64,000 nt of DNA from Eledone cirrhosa (taxonomy: Eukaryota): positions 1,984,001-2,048,000 of the forward strand of contig OZ024753.1 of NCBI GenBank assembly GCA_964016885.1, read 5' to 3'. The position numbers and the translations under genes were made by a program. Below, piece after piece: positions 1 through 13,732 of the stretch. Each line of letters opens with the position of its first letter. Positions within the stretch are counted from its first letter, which is position 1. The notes beneath the pieces are model-generated. The model searched no databases, was not told where the DNA came from, and worked only from the letters and a program-made list of their open reading frames with translations.

Positions 1-1596
1 AGAATATATATTGCATTTGGTTATTTAAAATAGATGCTTTTTTTTAGTTGTATGATAATGATGATGATGATGATGATGGTTGAGATAACAATGCTGGATG
101 TTCTGTCTCAATAGCTTGATCTCTTACTTTTCTGAGTTCAACTGAATGGATGTAACTTTATGCTCAATAAATTAAGTTGCTGTATTATGCTGGGTTTGTT
201 TTAATGGATTGCCTCCTGTAGTTATAAATTTAGGCCCTGACTCTAAAAAAGAAATAATTTTTAAGTTGCAGAGATTGAAATCAAAATGCATTCTAAGCCC
301 TCTAAGTGTAAGAGACTTTTAACGACAGCTTTTTATCACTAATACAAGGAAAGTTAGAGCATTAGTTAATAACATGTTAGATTCTTAGATGACCCGACTT
401 CTTTTCTCAATAGACTATTGAACCTGGAATTAAACATACTATATAGTCTTGATAAGGGGCAATAACTCTGAAACAATCATCAACTATTTTCCCTCTCTAC
501 TGCTGGAACAAAAGGACGACGTCAGTCATCTAGAAAACACACATGGTGTTAAGAGGTTGTTTGCTTGCAAATGAACCTAATATTAATAATATCATTATAA
601 CATCATTCTTATTAACTCACAAATACATTTAGGTATCCACCATGTTAGAACAAAAACAAATTTTGTTTTCACTCTTTTATTGGTTTACAATTGTGGAAGA
701 GGATTTGACCATGGTCTTTGCAGGCCTATGAAGACAGATAAAACTAACAGTGAGAAAATATACAATAAAATACATTCAGTAATTTTGAAAGGTAAAAACC
801 TTTGCACACATACTACAAGACTCACTTCTAGGCTAAACTGTAAGCAACTTTTAGAGGCCAGTGTTTAGATCTGCTTTTATGACATTAAACAACGGATTTA
901 AATTCAGGACATAAGCCTCTCCTAACCCTCAAACAACATTTAGTGGGTAGTTCTTATGTCTGCTTTATTAACATTAAGCAGACATTTGAAACTTAAGACT
1001 TCTGAGCTGATAATCCAGCACTCTCTCCAAACAGATATTGTTGTTTCTTCTACATTCAGATAAATGATAATAATATCATAGGAAATATTATGATGCATAA
1101 ATGATTCATCAATGATAACTGCTCTGAAAAGTCTTTGGATTTTTCCAATATATTTATATTCATTTTTCTCTTTGCTTTTAATCTTATTCACTAAAATGGA
1201 TGCCATCTTTCATTCATTTACTCATTGCCAAGTGGACATGTTCTTTGTTTGGCAACTTCTTGTGTCTTTTATTCTGGTTTTAAATGACAAAAACAATATT
1301 GTCTTGCAGATATTGTTCTCAATATCTATAGAGAACTATCTTCCTCTTTCTTTGTTAATATTCAGCGTTTTCTAAGTAGGAGGATCTTCCTAATGCTTTC
1401 ATTTGTTTGAATAGTTTTTGATTTTTTGTTTTTTATAATGTATTTTTTATGGTTAAAATTATTTCTTTCTTGTTGGCTTCCTTTTATGAAACTCTCATTA
1501 GTCATTAATACATATTGTTTCTTCTTCAAATTGGTTTCTACTTTATATTCCTCCATCACTGAAAAGTTTTAAAGACCAACCCACATATGCTCCTAC

Positions 1597-1633
<37 letters not shown>

Positions 1634-1637
<4 letters not shown>

Positions 1638-1779
1638 GAATTTTAAGAAAGCCAAGGATAGGATATTATTATTTATTTATTCATCTCTACGAATGTTTCA
1701 ATGCAGCTAGAAACGTTCGTAGACGTGTATAAATAAATAAATAGTAATATTTTATCCTTGGCTTTCTTAAAATTTGAAT
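1634..1779. repeat. Fold-back inverted repeat (~65-bp arms) containing the 3' half of a hammerhead-like motif; Penelope-associated
   Basis: attcgaattttaagaaagccaaggata...ctacgaatgtttc / gaaacgttcgtag...tatccttggctttcttaaaatttgaat; lies directly upstream of a Penelope ORF remnant. Confidence 0.8.
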
Positions 1780-1839
1780 TTTAAATGCTCTGCTACCTGA
1801 ACTGCCCTAAATTCAAACAGTTTCTTTTCACTCCTGAAA

Positions 1840-2800
1840 ACAATGAAAACTGATCATTTATTAGCTATCAGTCTAACCATCCTGAATCTATAATTAATTC
1901 TATAGTAGGAAATGTATCACTTAGGATATCCTGCCTATCATTTTCTCAAGAAATATTTAGGGAACATGCTGAGTATTATAACGATGCATTATGAAAGGCA
2001 GGGCATAACAGGGAGCTCAGATACATGAGTGAAAGCAAAAGATGTAGATCTGTTACGCATCACTGTACGTGAGGTAACCCATATTCTAGAAATAATTTTA
2101 ACTACACTTATCACAGGCAAAATACCAATAATAATGAACAACAAAAAGGTAAGATTTCTCTTAATCCTGATGTAAGAGCCACATAGAATAACATCACAAG
2201 AAAAACTAGAAACAAAACATACCTTTGGTATAATCCAATACACAACACGGCAATTAAGTTTAAACTACCCTTCATAGTTTTTAACCTAATCGACAAACAT
2301 TTCACACAGTCACACACATATCATAAGATAATAAACAAAAATACTATTAGGTTATCTTACTCAACCTCGATGAATCTGGATGGTTACATAAATAAGTTAA
2401 ACAAGAAATGCTTCAGTACCTATGATACTAAATAAAATTCTAATGTTGATAAAAAGCCCATGGGATGTTCTCAACAAGTGAAAGTAAACAAACCCAAGAC
2501 AGTAAATAGAAAATTAAATCTATCACAACCTAATTTAATACCTACCACATCTAATAGCAACGATAATAATAAAGAACCATCCCATAGAAAAGAGCTAAAC
2601 TGTAATTGCCTGCAGCAAGAAAAATGTCCCCTACAAAATATGTAAATGTGGACCAGTCTGAGATTAGTGTAAACAAATTAAATATATAGGAGCTACTTCA
2701 ACTGACTCTAAGAAAAGAGGGTATGTTCACATACATTCTTTCAAAAATCATAAACTTAAAAATTCTACCACTTTAGCCAACAAAATATGGGAATGGGAGA
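1840..2800 (+). mobile_element. Degenerate Penelope-like retroelement, RT C-terminus through GIY-YIG endonuclease
   Basis: Interrupted translation gives FISYQSNHPESIINSIVGNVSLRIS, QEIFREHAEYYNDAL, RNKTYLWYNP...LIDKHF...NKNTIRLSYS, CNCLQQEKCPLQN and YIGATSTDSKKR...HSFK...STTLANKIWE, matching Penelope motifs (SNHP, WFNPP, CNC..CPL, YIG); stops and frameshifts present. Confidence 0.85.
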
Positions 2801-4049
2801 GGAATGGAACTAGAAATGACATTTTATAGCCTATCCTAGGGTTCACCGACCAGTATAAACAAGATAGAGGTTGAACCTAGCTCAGGTAGAAGACTTTTTC
2901 CAAAACATGCCATGAAGTGGAATTGAACCCAGAACAAGATGATTGCAAAGTGAACTTCTTAACCACATGGCCACGCCTGTATCATATTACTGATGATGAT
3001 GACAGCATAGAATAATTTTAAGTTGCTCCAAATACATTGAAGAGCTTTATCTGGCTGCTTTATTACTCTTCTCTATTCAATTTAATTTTATGATCCTTGC
3101 TTTCATAATTACTCTTCTATTCAATTTAATGAGCTTTAGTTTCATTCATCCAGCAATTTTATTGTTAAAATTGCTTTAAAAAATGCAATAAAAACGTTAT
3201 AGAGATTGTAGTTAGGAAGTTGAGAATATTTTACAACAGTTATTAGAAAAATAATTTCAATATAAACTATTTTTACTTTTCAAATCGAAGCTAATAATAA
3301 AAGTGTATAGAAAATTGAGGTTGGTTGTATCATGTAAGAAAGAGCAGGAGGGTCGGTTAGGGAAAGATCATGGAGTATTTTATCTGTCTATAGTTTTTTT
3401 TTAAAGTTTGTCTCAAGCCTAGAGTCTCACCAGGATACAGCATATCCAGGTTTCATGAAGTGTTAAATTAAGAATACAAAATTTCACCCTGGATGGGGTG
3501 TCAGTCTAGTGAAAAGTGAACTCACAGCTGCTGATATTTGATTTTTTTTTTTTTTTTTTTTCAGCTATGTGAATTAAAGCAATATGAGATGAAGAACCTT
3601 GCTCAAGGGCACACTGTAAGGTGGTTGATGTTAAGAAGGGCATCCAGCTAGAAAACCAAGCCAAAAATGGAGCATATGAGCAAAATGTGGTCACCTGACC
3701 TGTGTGGCTTCATAATGTACAATCTATCTAACCAATGCAAGCATGGAAAATAGATAGTAAAAGATGATGATGATGATGATATATACTAAATACACCATTA
3801 GAAAGGTTAATAAAGCTTAATAACATGTCTGTTTCATTTAATATTTACATACAAGAGACAAATTGTGGTGCATGGTTCCTAAATTAGCTTTTATGATCTG
3901 ATCTTTTAAAACACAAGTCATGCAATATCAATAACTCTGCACAAACTCATAAATTAAATCTTTTTGTAGATTACAGCATCTGATATACTACCCGTCTTTA
4001 AACATAAGTCATTGCACATAGCTCAGAATTTCGACCTTCTTTTTCTTTG

Positions 4050-4375
4050 CTCACTTATTCCTGGGAAGGTCTTGGGGGCAGGGTCCTCAAACACACCTTC
4101 CAGTGGGTCCTGTCAGAAGCAACCATCTTCAATTGATTGAGCTGAATCCCCAAGTAAGACCAGCCAAGTTCATGGATGTTATACAACCATCTTCCTCAGG
4201 GTTTACCCCTGGGTCTCCTGCTAGCTAGTTGTGCACATAAAATCTGTCCAGCGGTTCTTTCCAGAGATGTTCTAACCTAACCACATGCCCATAGTATCAG
4301 TCCTGTGATCTTTTAATTAGGAGAAGTAACAGCTCTACCTGAAGCGACTTTCTGATCTCTGAACTACTTGCACTC
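4050..4375 (-). mobile_element. RTE-type LINE 3' fragment
   Basis: Same sequence family as 14585-14785 and 24765-25260; minus strand reads like an RTE ORF C-terminus (GHVVR...RRPRG). Confidence 0.6.
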
Positions 4376-4379
4376 AATC

Positions 4380-4545
<166 letters not shown>

Positions 4546-4764
4546 ATACTCATAAACACACTCAGATTTCTAACAGAAATCAACCTTATCAAAAAGCCTA
4601 ATAGAGTTGCATGAAAAACTTTCATGATAGCAACTTCAATAGCTGGTGGTTAATTTTATCTTCATTAACGAATTATCAATCTTTTTTAAATATCACTATC
4701 AGATTTTTTACTCATTCTAATTCTTATTTGCTAATTTAGTACATTGATATTGTTGTTTCACTAA

Positions 4765-4993
4765 ACACACCACCACCACCACCAGCCCTGTGTTACTGCC
4801 ACCACCATCCACCTCACACCACTACAGAATAAACAACCAAAGCAGTGCACCTCAGCTTAGCTTCTGGAAGGTCAATGTAATCACTATCACCACCACTACG
4901 ACCACTACTACTACTATAGATATCACCACCACCTATAATACTACTACTAATACTACCACCACCACTACTACTACTACTATAGATACAACCACC

Positions 4994-5024
<31 letters not shown>

Positions 5025-5062
5025 GATACCACCACCACTATTACTACCACTACCACCATCAC
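4765..5062. repeat. (ACC/ACT)n trinucleotide low-complexity tract
   Basis: Direct reading; explains the poly-T and poly-S ORFs. Confidence 0.9.
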
Positions 5063-5586
5063 AATATCATTTATTTATCATATATTTATTTAACTAATTT
5101 TTTTAAACTTTGTTCATTCATTTATTCTTTCTAATCAAACTGAAATTTTTTTTCTTTGGAAAAATCAGAATCATTTCTTTTATTTCTTTTATATGAAGAA
5201 TATTCTAGAAGTTATCCAAGACTAAGAACACAAACTACATTTTAAGAATATGACCTTTTTTGTTTTGTTCATGTCTGATTTTCTACATAGCTGCACAAAA
5301 TTGTAACAGCTAAATCCCCTTACCCCCTAGTGGAAGAGTTTAAGGGGGAAATGGCAATTTAATGAATGAAATATTGATTTTTAAATACAAGCACATGTCA
5401 CATTGTACAAGAGACAAGACCACAAAGTTGTTCGGGAATGGGTAATAGTAAAAGACTGGTACCTATTGTTATGGGATGAAAGGAGGGTGATGGAGTTATT
5501 GAAGCATTGGACAAATGTTTAGCAGTTTTTGTTCCTGCTCTTTATAGTACTGGGATTGATTTAACTAACCAACCTTCATCTTATTC

Positions 5587-6005
5587 AGGCAACATGCTTC
5601 GCAGCACGGAGTTACGGCCCTTTGCGTTCTGAGTCCAAATCCTGCCAAGGTTAGCTTTGCCTTTTATCCTTACAGGGTCGATAAAATAAAGTACCGGTAA
5701 TGCACTGGGGTTGATTTAATCAATTTTCCTCTTCCCCCAAAATTGATGGCCTTGTGCCTAATATAGAAACAATTATTATTATTAAGGGCAGTGGATTGGC
5801 AGTATCGGTAGAGCATCGGGCAACATGCTTTGCAGCATAGAGTATATGGCCCTTCACATTCTGAGTTCAAATCTCACCATGGTTAACTTTGCCTTTCATC
5901 CTTATGGGATTGATAAAATAAAGTACCAGTAATGCACTGAGGTCAATTTAATTGACTTTCCCCTTCCCCCAAAATTGTTGGCCTTGTGCCTAAATCAGAA
6001 ACCAT
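5587..6005 (+). mobile_element. Two tandem copies of a tRNA-derived SINE (central ctttgcctttcatcc...gataaaataaagtacc domain)
   Basis: B-box-like gagttcaaatc followed by a conserved central domain; further copies near 9130-9240, 10045-10215, 15098-15310, 23420-23560, 25826-25940, 31120-31292 and 32960-33090 (-). Confidence 0.8.
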
Positions 6006-6580
6006 TGGTGGTCAAATAAGTACAGGAGGAGATCAACTATAATTCTACCTCAACATTTTTGTGCATCTTGGTGCCAATGTTGTTGTTATTGTGGTAGTGG
6101 TTGTTGTTGTTGTTGTTGTTGTTTGTTTAACCCCAGGTTAGACCTGATCAAATCAGATCAATGATTAAAGATATACCAGCCATAACCTTTCCATATAGGG
6201 CTGTTATCTAACATATCTTTCCTGGTCTAAAATGGTAGGAGTGCAATTTCATTAAGATTTTGCTGCTTGTTGGCCTCTAAACAGAAACTTACCAATTTTA
6301 CTACATAATAGCATTACAGGAAGAAAAGGCTTTGAGCATGAACACGTTTGTTTCTGTGTGTGTATATGTGTTTGTGTGTGTGTGAGCATGTATGTATGTG
6401 TGTGTGTTTGTTTGAGTGTGTGAATGTCTTTGTGTGTGTGTGTGTGTGTGTGTTCGTTCGTTCCTCAGATCAAGGCTGAAATATTTCCAATATAATGCAG
6501 TTTAGCTCAGCTTAACTTAACTTGTCTAACAGCTGACAGCTTTGAATATAGCTTCTTCACAAATCACCATGCTAATATTG

Positions 6581-6897
6581 TTGATGATGATGGTGGTGAT
6601 GACGATGACGATGATGATGATGGTGGTAATGATGACGATGGTGATGATAATGGTGATGACGATGATGATTATGGTGATTATGGTGGTGATCATAATCAGG
6701 ATCGTAAAGATAAGAGCGAGGATGATGATTACTACCGCCATCACCACTACCACTATCAGTACCACCATCATTACCATCACCATCACCACGATCACCAATA
6801 TCACCACCATCATCACTACCCTCACCACCATCACCACCATCGCCACAATAACTACCTCCACACCACCATCATCATCACCATCACCATCATCATCATA
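6581..6897. repeat. (GAT/GGT)n tract followed by complementary (CAT/CAC)n tract
   Basis: Direct reading; polarity switches near 6730. Confidence 0.9.
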
Positions 6898-7239
6898 AAC
6901 ATCACTGTCATTAGTGGTTTGATGTTTGATGAAAAGCTTTCCTTTTTCCCTCCAGATTCAGAGTTGTTTCCTGTCAGTAGATTCACCATCAACTCCACAG
7001 TTCTATAATCCCACAATTCTTTGCCATCTTTCACCATCAGGGAGCTCTTTGATTTCCTGTTCTATTTCAAACATGATCTTTTCATTTGAAAATATAACTC
7101 TTCTCTGTAAGGTGATTTTGGATATTTTTTTTTTTGGTGGAGGGATTGTTTTCTTCTTTCAGTTTCTTTGTTTTAAGTATATTTTGGAAGATTTGGAAGT
7201 GAAGCTGACACATTTCTTAATCATCTCATATATATATAT

Positions 7240-7326
7240 AAGTTTTAATATAGATGAGATTCTACAGGACTAGAACTGTTTCATTCTTTACTGTGGTTAC
7301 CTCCGATTCAACCCAGAATAACGTAC
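7240..7326. mobile_element. Rearranged copy of the short hammerhead-bearing element (inverted partial plus direct tail)
   Basis: ~7241-7290 is the reverse complement of ~14098-14147; 7291-7325 matches 14182-14215 directly; flanked by (TA)n. Confidence 0.75.
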
Positions 7327-7557
7327 CTATATATATATATATATATGCCTGTAATGTGGCCGTGTAGGCAACACGGTTAAAACCTCCCAGACCCACACTG
7401 TAAATGTGGTTGGTGTTAGGAAGGGCATCCAACTGTAGAAAACCTGCCAGACAGTCCTATGCGAGCAAGACAATCACTCTTGCCTCAAGTGGGACTACCC
7501 CCGTCCAAACCCATGCAAGCGTGGAACACGGACGTTAAACGTTGATGATGATGATGC

Positions 7558-7870
7558 ATTTCATTTTACGTCCGCTTTTTCCCTGCTTGCAAGGGTGAGA
7601 CGGGAACTGATTCTGGCTTGATTTCTACAGCTGGATGCCCTTCCTAACACCAACCTCATTTACAGTGAGTGCTGGGTGATTTTTTTTTTGCCGTGGCGCC
7701 TCCATGACCACTTTGCAGTCCCTATCATCTCATTTCTACAGCTGAGTAAACTGGAGCAATGTGAAATAAAGTGCCTTGCTCAAGGAAACAACACATCAGC
7801 CAGTCTGAGAATTGAACTCACAATCTTTTGATTGCAAGGCCAATGCTCTAACCACTAAGCCATGTGCCTC
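7558..7870 (-). mobile_element. tRNA-headed SINE with RTE-like tail
   Basis: Reverse complement of 13733-14062; head ggcacatggcttagtggttagagc...gagttcaattctc. Confidence 0.8.
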
Positions 7871-7872
7871 AT

Positions 7873-7917
<45 letters not shown>

Positions 7918-7922
7918 ATATA

Positions 7923-7954
<32 letters not shown>

Positions 7955-8103
7955 ATATAATATATAATATATATATATATATATATAATATAATATATTA
8001 TATATATATATATATAATATAATATATATATATAATATATAATATAATATAATATATAATATATATATAATATAATATATATATATATATAATATAATAT
8101 ATA

Positions 8104-8142
<39 letters not shown>

Positions 8143-8280
8143 ATATATATATATATATATATAATATATAATATATATATATATAATATATATATATATA
8201 TAATATATAATATATATATATATATATATAATATATAATATAATATATAATATATATATATATATATAATATATAATATA

Positions 8281-8321
<41 letters not shown>

Positions 8322-8368
8322 ATATATAATATATATATATATATATATTATATTATATATAATATATA
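7871..8368. repeat. (TA)n/(TATAA)n AT-only expansion
   Basis: Direct reading. Confidence 0.95.
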
Positions 8369-8482
8369 TGTGTGTTGACGAGGTTATAGTATCAACTATA
8401 ATCTTGCTTTCGCACATAACTCACTCAATGAATTATGGAATGGATTTTTAAGGAACAAAACCTGTCTCAGAGTGCTTACCAA

Positions 8483-8487
<5 letters not shown>

Positions 8488-8519
<32 letters not shown>

Positions 8520-8652
8520 CATACATACATACATACATACATACATACATACATACATACATACATACATACATACATACATACATACATACATACATAC
8601 ATACATACATACATACATACATACATACATACATACATACATACATACATAC
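8488..8652. repeat. (TA)n followed by a perfect (TACA)n microsatellite
   Basis: Direct reading. Confidence 0.95.
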
Positions 8653-9299
8653 AAAATAGTAGTAGTAGTTTGGTTACCAGCATTTAAGCTATTAATATCT
8701 AAGGATGTTAATATTGATGATATTCAGAATATTAGTAGTGGGTATATCAACTGATGATATTGGTATTCTAGATATCCACATAATATATCATTATTGATAT
8801 TTAAGATATCAATATTTTAGTCTCACTATCAGCTTCTAAGACATTGATATTTTCTATATCAACATTGGCAAAGTTGTTAAAACATAAGATAGAATGCTTT
8901 GTAGTATTCGTTCTGGCTTTCTGCATTCAGTTAAAAAAAAACAGTCAATTTTGTCTTTTGAGGTCAATGAAAAACATATCCATCATATACAAGGGTCAAT
9001 CCTTTCACTGTATCCCTTTCTTACTTCTTCTCTATCACTCTTTCTCTGGAAGAAGTTGTGTTCAGTCTAAGAGAGGTTTAAAATTGCTCAAGACACAGGA
9101 GTGGTTGGCATATACATATTGGCTGTTGGATTGGCAATATTGGTAGAGAGTTGGACGCCATGCTTTGCAGCATAGAGTTACGGCCCTTTACGTTCTGAGT
9201 TTAAAGCTCACCAAGGTTAACTTTGCCATTCATCCTCAGCAGTCACAGAAGATTAAAAGGCTAAACCAATCCTGGTGGTGTGGTTTGAAACTGAATACA

Positions 9300-9490
9300 T
9301 TAACTCTTCAGCATTTACTATTATATTTTCATGGTAAAGGCTTTATCTTACATACTATCGAATCTACAAAATTGTTGATGTTATTTATTTTGAGAACAAT
9401 ACCTTAACGTCTGTATAAGCAGCTGGTTTGAACAGAAAGCAGTGAGAGAATTCTGGCCAGACGCAGCTAGTTTAAATGCTAAAAGGTTAA
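9300..9490. mobile_element. TTAA-bounded MITE (piggyBac-like ends)
   Basis: ttaactcttcagcattt ... aaatgctaaaaggttaa terminal inverted repeats; related to 11230-11456 in opposite orientation. Confidence 0.6.
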
Positions 9491-11229
9491 AACATCTGAT
9501 GTTTAGCCATTTCTGTTTCATTTAGCTTAATATTGTTACACTCAACATAGCCATCACTATACAGGAGACAGACGAGGTGATTACCTAGAGTGCTACAATC
9601 TTAAGGTGCCACAATGGCTTCTGGCTGTATTCATCATGCAATCATAATTGGGAGTAGAAGGTAGATGTACTAGAACTGGCCTAAGGCAGACAATATCAGC
9701 CCTAGTTACAATATTAATTGCATCAACATTTAATATTGTTTTTCTTACTTTGTTATTTTTTATTTTTCACATTTTATTTAGATATTTCTTTCTTTAAGCT
9801 ATTATATTTACATTTATTTATCTGTTTTATTTTATTTTGTGTTTTGTTTTGTTTTTCCTTTCAAACCAGGAACGGAAGTTTAGGCAAGGAATGAATAATT
9901 GGATAAGCACAATTGGATAAACAAAACTGGAGGAGAAGAGAAGTAGAAAAAGAAGTCAGCACTAAACATATACACCATATCCACGAGGGAACTGACCTGG
10001 GCTTCATCGTTTCGATAAAGCTTTCATCCTTGAATAATAAGTGGTTAGAGTTACAACCCTTGATGTTCTGAGTTCAAATCCCACTGAGGTTAGCTTTACT
10101 TTTCATCCTTACGGGGTTGGTAAAATAAAGCACCAGTAACATACTAGGGTCGATTTAATCAACTTTACACCCCCACCTCCAAAATTGCTGATCTTGTGCC
10201 TAAATCAGAAACCACTGTTATTATTATTATATTATTAAGTTGGTATAAGCTGTGGTGAACAGGATTGCACTAATGTTAGTAATTATTATTATGAGAGAGA
10301 GAGAGAGAGAGTACTGTTTCCTCTAAGTCGTGCTAGTGTTCAGCTGCACACACACACATGCGCACACACGTGCACACATTTTGCAGCCATCTCACAATCA
10401 GAAACCAATGTGAGCACGAAAACTTAGTTTTCTCTTAATTAATAATCATACTTATAAAAAATAATCTCTATTTCTGTTAACTATAAAATATAACAGTAGA
10501 TATAAACTTAATCTTCATCATCACCACCATCTTCATCATCATCACCAACACCATCATCATCATCATCATCATTTAACATGTAATATTTTCCACACTTACA
10601 TTGGTCGGATGGGTTTTTACATTCTGAGACTAGACCAGTCAGGTGACCTTATCTTGCTCATATATTCTGTTTTGGGTTTGATTTCTATGGCTCAATGCCC
10701 TTCTTAATGCCAACCATATTACAGTGTTTACTAAGAGCATTTTTCATAGCGCCAGCATTACCACCTTACAGGGTTGACAGAGTAGTATTTGTTGAGGTAT
10801 CAGCACTAACACGTTACAGAGTTGATTAGGTGCTTTTTGTCACATCACCAGCACTTCTACCTCACAGAACTTTCCTAAAGATGTCATAAAAGAATGGTCT
10901 ACTTTTTCACTGTTGGCAATAATTAAGTTAATGCCTTATGCATAAAATTCTGTGACTTCAAGTATAGATTTGCACAAGCATTCTATGCCAATATACTTTT
11001 GTCACAGGAAGAACATTATACACAATAACATTTTCAAATATTTTAGAACAACATTTTAAAAAAATGGAAGAAATAGAATAGAAAATTAAGTAGAGGAGAG
11101 AGGAGGTGAAATAAAAGAAGAGAGGAATAAATGTTGAGAAAAGACAGCTCTGATCCAATAGATCAATGATCAAAGGCATTCTGGCCATAGCCGTTTCATC
11201 TTTTATTTTTATATATATTTCATCTAAAT

Positions 11230-11456
11230 TTGACCCTTTAGCATCTAAACTGGCCTTATCTGGCCAGAATTCTCTCACCTCATTCTGTTCAAACCAACTG
11301 TAACCAGTCACTCATACTGATGTTAAGTTATTGTTCTCAAAATAAATATCAAAATCTCATTGATTCGATATTATGTGAGATAATTATGTGAGGTAAAGCT
11401 TTTAACCATGAAAATATAATAGTAAATATAGAGTAACGGAAATGCTAAAGGGTTAA
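11230..11456. mobile_element. MITE with piggyBac-like ends
   Basis: ttgaccctttagcat ... atgctaaagggttaa TIRs; shares tctggccagaattctctcac with the 9300-9490 copy (inverted). Confidence 0.6.
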
Positions 11457-12192
11457 ATAATCCAATGTGTCCTTCTTTTTAGATGGCATTGTATAATTCA
11501 GGGAAGATTTAACAACTATTTCTGGCTGGATGTGCAACTTTGATAGTGATTATGGTGGTAGTTGTGGTGTTAATTATAATGATTATGATGATGCTAATTA
11601 TGATTTAAAAAATAGTTTTTGAGAATATAGTCAATTATTTCTTAACAAAATTTCCAGTTACTGGAAGTCTCCTATTTTTAGATAATTATTAATAATCAAT
11701 TCTCTTTTCCTTTGTCTCTACCTTAATTTTTTTATTTCTCACCATTCCATCATTCCTCTCTAGTAAATTAGTCCATCATATGTCTTGTTTTCCTGAACTA
11801 TTTACATTAATCTTATACATTTTTTTGCTATGTATTTATTTAATGTTACAATGGTGATTTTATGGTAATTTTCTAATTGCAGTTCTCACTTCTGCTTTGT
11901 TATCATGTCAAATATAACTCACCAATGTCTGCTTTTAGCTTTTATACCCGAAAGGTAAATTGGTAGTCATTAGAACATCAGATAGAATGCTTTGTGGTAT
12001 TTGTTCCAGATCTCTGCACTCCAAGTTCAAATTCCATCAAGTTCAACTTTGCTTTTCAAGGTTAATAAAAAAAATGTACCAGTCTATAACTGGGGTTTAT
12101 TGTTACCCCTCCTCCCCTCTCTCTCTAGAGAGAGAGAGAGATACGTCTAACCCCTGCTAGCATGGAAAAATGGATGTTAAACGGTGATGATG

Positions 12193-12588
12193 ATTTGAAA
12201 AAAAAGGAAAAGAATGACTTCACTTGTAGTGTTAAAAAATTTGATTTAATTTTATAATATTATAATATGAGTTGGTAGATCTAGTAAGTTCTTTGTTAAC
12301 TTTGGTGGGAAGAATTTTAAAGATTCCTGGTTAACTTTGGTTGGAGAACTTTCTCACATTCGCCTGTGGCGATTGTCAAATATCTGTTTGTCAAACATCT
12401 CAGTTTGACAATCGCCACAGACAAATGCGAGAAAGTTCTCCAGGAAAGTTAACCAGGAATTTTTAAAATTCTTCTCACCGAAGTTAACAAAGAACTTACT
12501 AGATCTACCAACTCATAATATTATATTATAAAATTAAATCAAATTTTTTAACACTACAAGTGAAGTCATTCTTTCCCTTTTTTCAAAT
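12193..12588. repeat. Long near-perfect inverted repeat (~187-bp arms, ~23-nt loop)
   Basis: 12193-12380 is the reverse complement of ~12402-12588 with scattered mismatches. Confidence 0.95.
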
Positions 12589-12844
12589 ATACCTAACTGT
12601 ACCAAGATCTCACACATTTTCCAATATATATCATCATTCATCATTTCATTTTACGTCCGCTTTTTCCCGTTAATACTCGTTTGTTTTCAGCTGAATATAC
12701 TGGAGCAACATGAAATGAAGTGTTTTGCTCAAGGACACAACATACAACCCAGTCCAGGAATTGAACCTACAACATTATGATTGTAAGTGCAACATCATTA
12801 CTACTAGGCTTCCACATGTATAAACATGTTTATATATATATCTA

Positions 12845-12884
<40 letters not shown>

Positions 12885-12889
<5 letters not shown>

Positions 12890-13255
12890 GTGTGCGCGTG
12901 CATGTGTGTATGCATGATTGTGTATGCATGTGTGCATGTATTTATATGTATGCATGTATGGATGAAGTGTGCGTACATGTGTGTGGGAGTGCGCGTGCAT
13001 GTGTGTATGCATGATTGTGTATGCATGTGTGCATGTATTTATATGTATGCATGTATGGATGAAGTGTGCATGCATGTGTGTGTGGGAGTGCGCGTGCATG
13101 TGTGTATGCATGATTGTGTATGCATGTGTGCATGTATTTATATGTATGCATGTATGGATGAAGTGTGCGTGCATGTGGGAGTGCGCGTGCATGTGTGTAT
13201 GCATGATTGTGTATGCATGTGTGCATGTATTTATATACATGTATGTATGGATGGA
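12885..13255. repeat. ~95-bp (TG/ATGC-rich) minisatellite, about 3.5 copies
   Basis: Repeated gtgcgcgtgcatgtgtgtatgcatgattgtgtatgcatg unit. Confidence 0.85.
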
Positions 13256-13528
13256 TGAATGTAGGTAGGTAAGTATATATGCACCAAGCACCAAAGCGAA
13301 GATAGCAAAGTTGTAAAGCCTTGAATCTCTAACAGGGATTGGATTTTCATAAATAGCTATTTCCCATATATCATGAATGGCCTGAGGTGATGTGACACTT
13401 TTAGTGATTCCCTCTCAATCCCCTATCATCTCTGAAAATATATAGAGTTGATCACTTATTGAGTACTGACTGCTGGCTATGATAGGTCTCTCTATGTATA
13501 TACACACATACTCATACACATACACTCA

Positions 13529-13569
<41 letters not shown>

Positions 13570-13622
13570 CACATGGATATGTGTATATGTAATGTAATGT
13601 TTGTTGTATGTATGCGTGAATA

Positions 13623-13672
<50 letters not shown>

Positions 13673-13732
13673 AATATAAATAAATATAAATATATATATA
13701 TATATAAATAAATATATATATATATATATATA

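Noticed and set aside
6956-7111. 156-nt open, AG/GT-bounded candidate exon on +
   Set aside because: Peptide looks like antisense of a decayed coding sequence (the minus strand weakly resembles a mariner C-terminus); no partner exons identified
9869-9925. Strong + strand acceptor followed by ERKFRQGMNNWISTIG*
   Set aside because: No upstream exons or homology recognised; insufficient support
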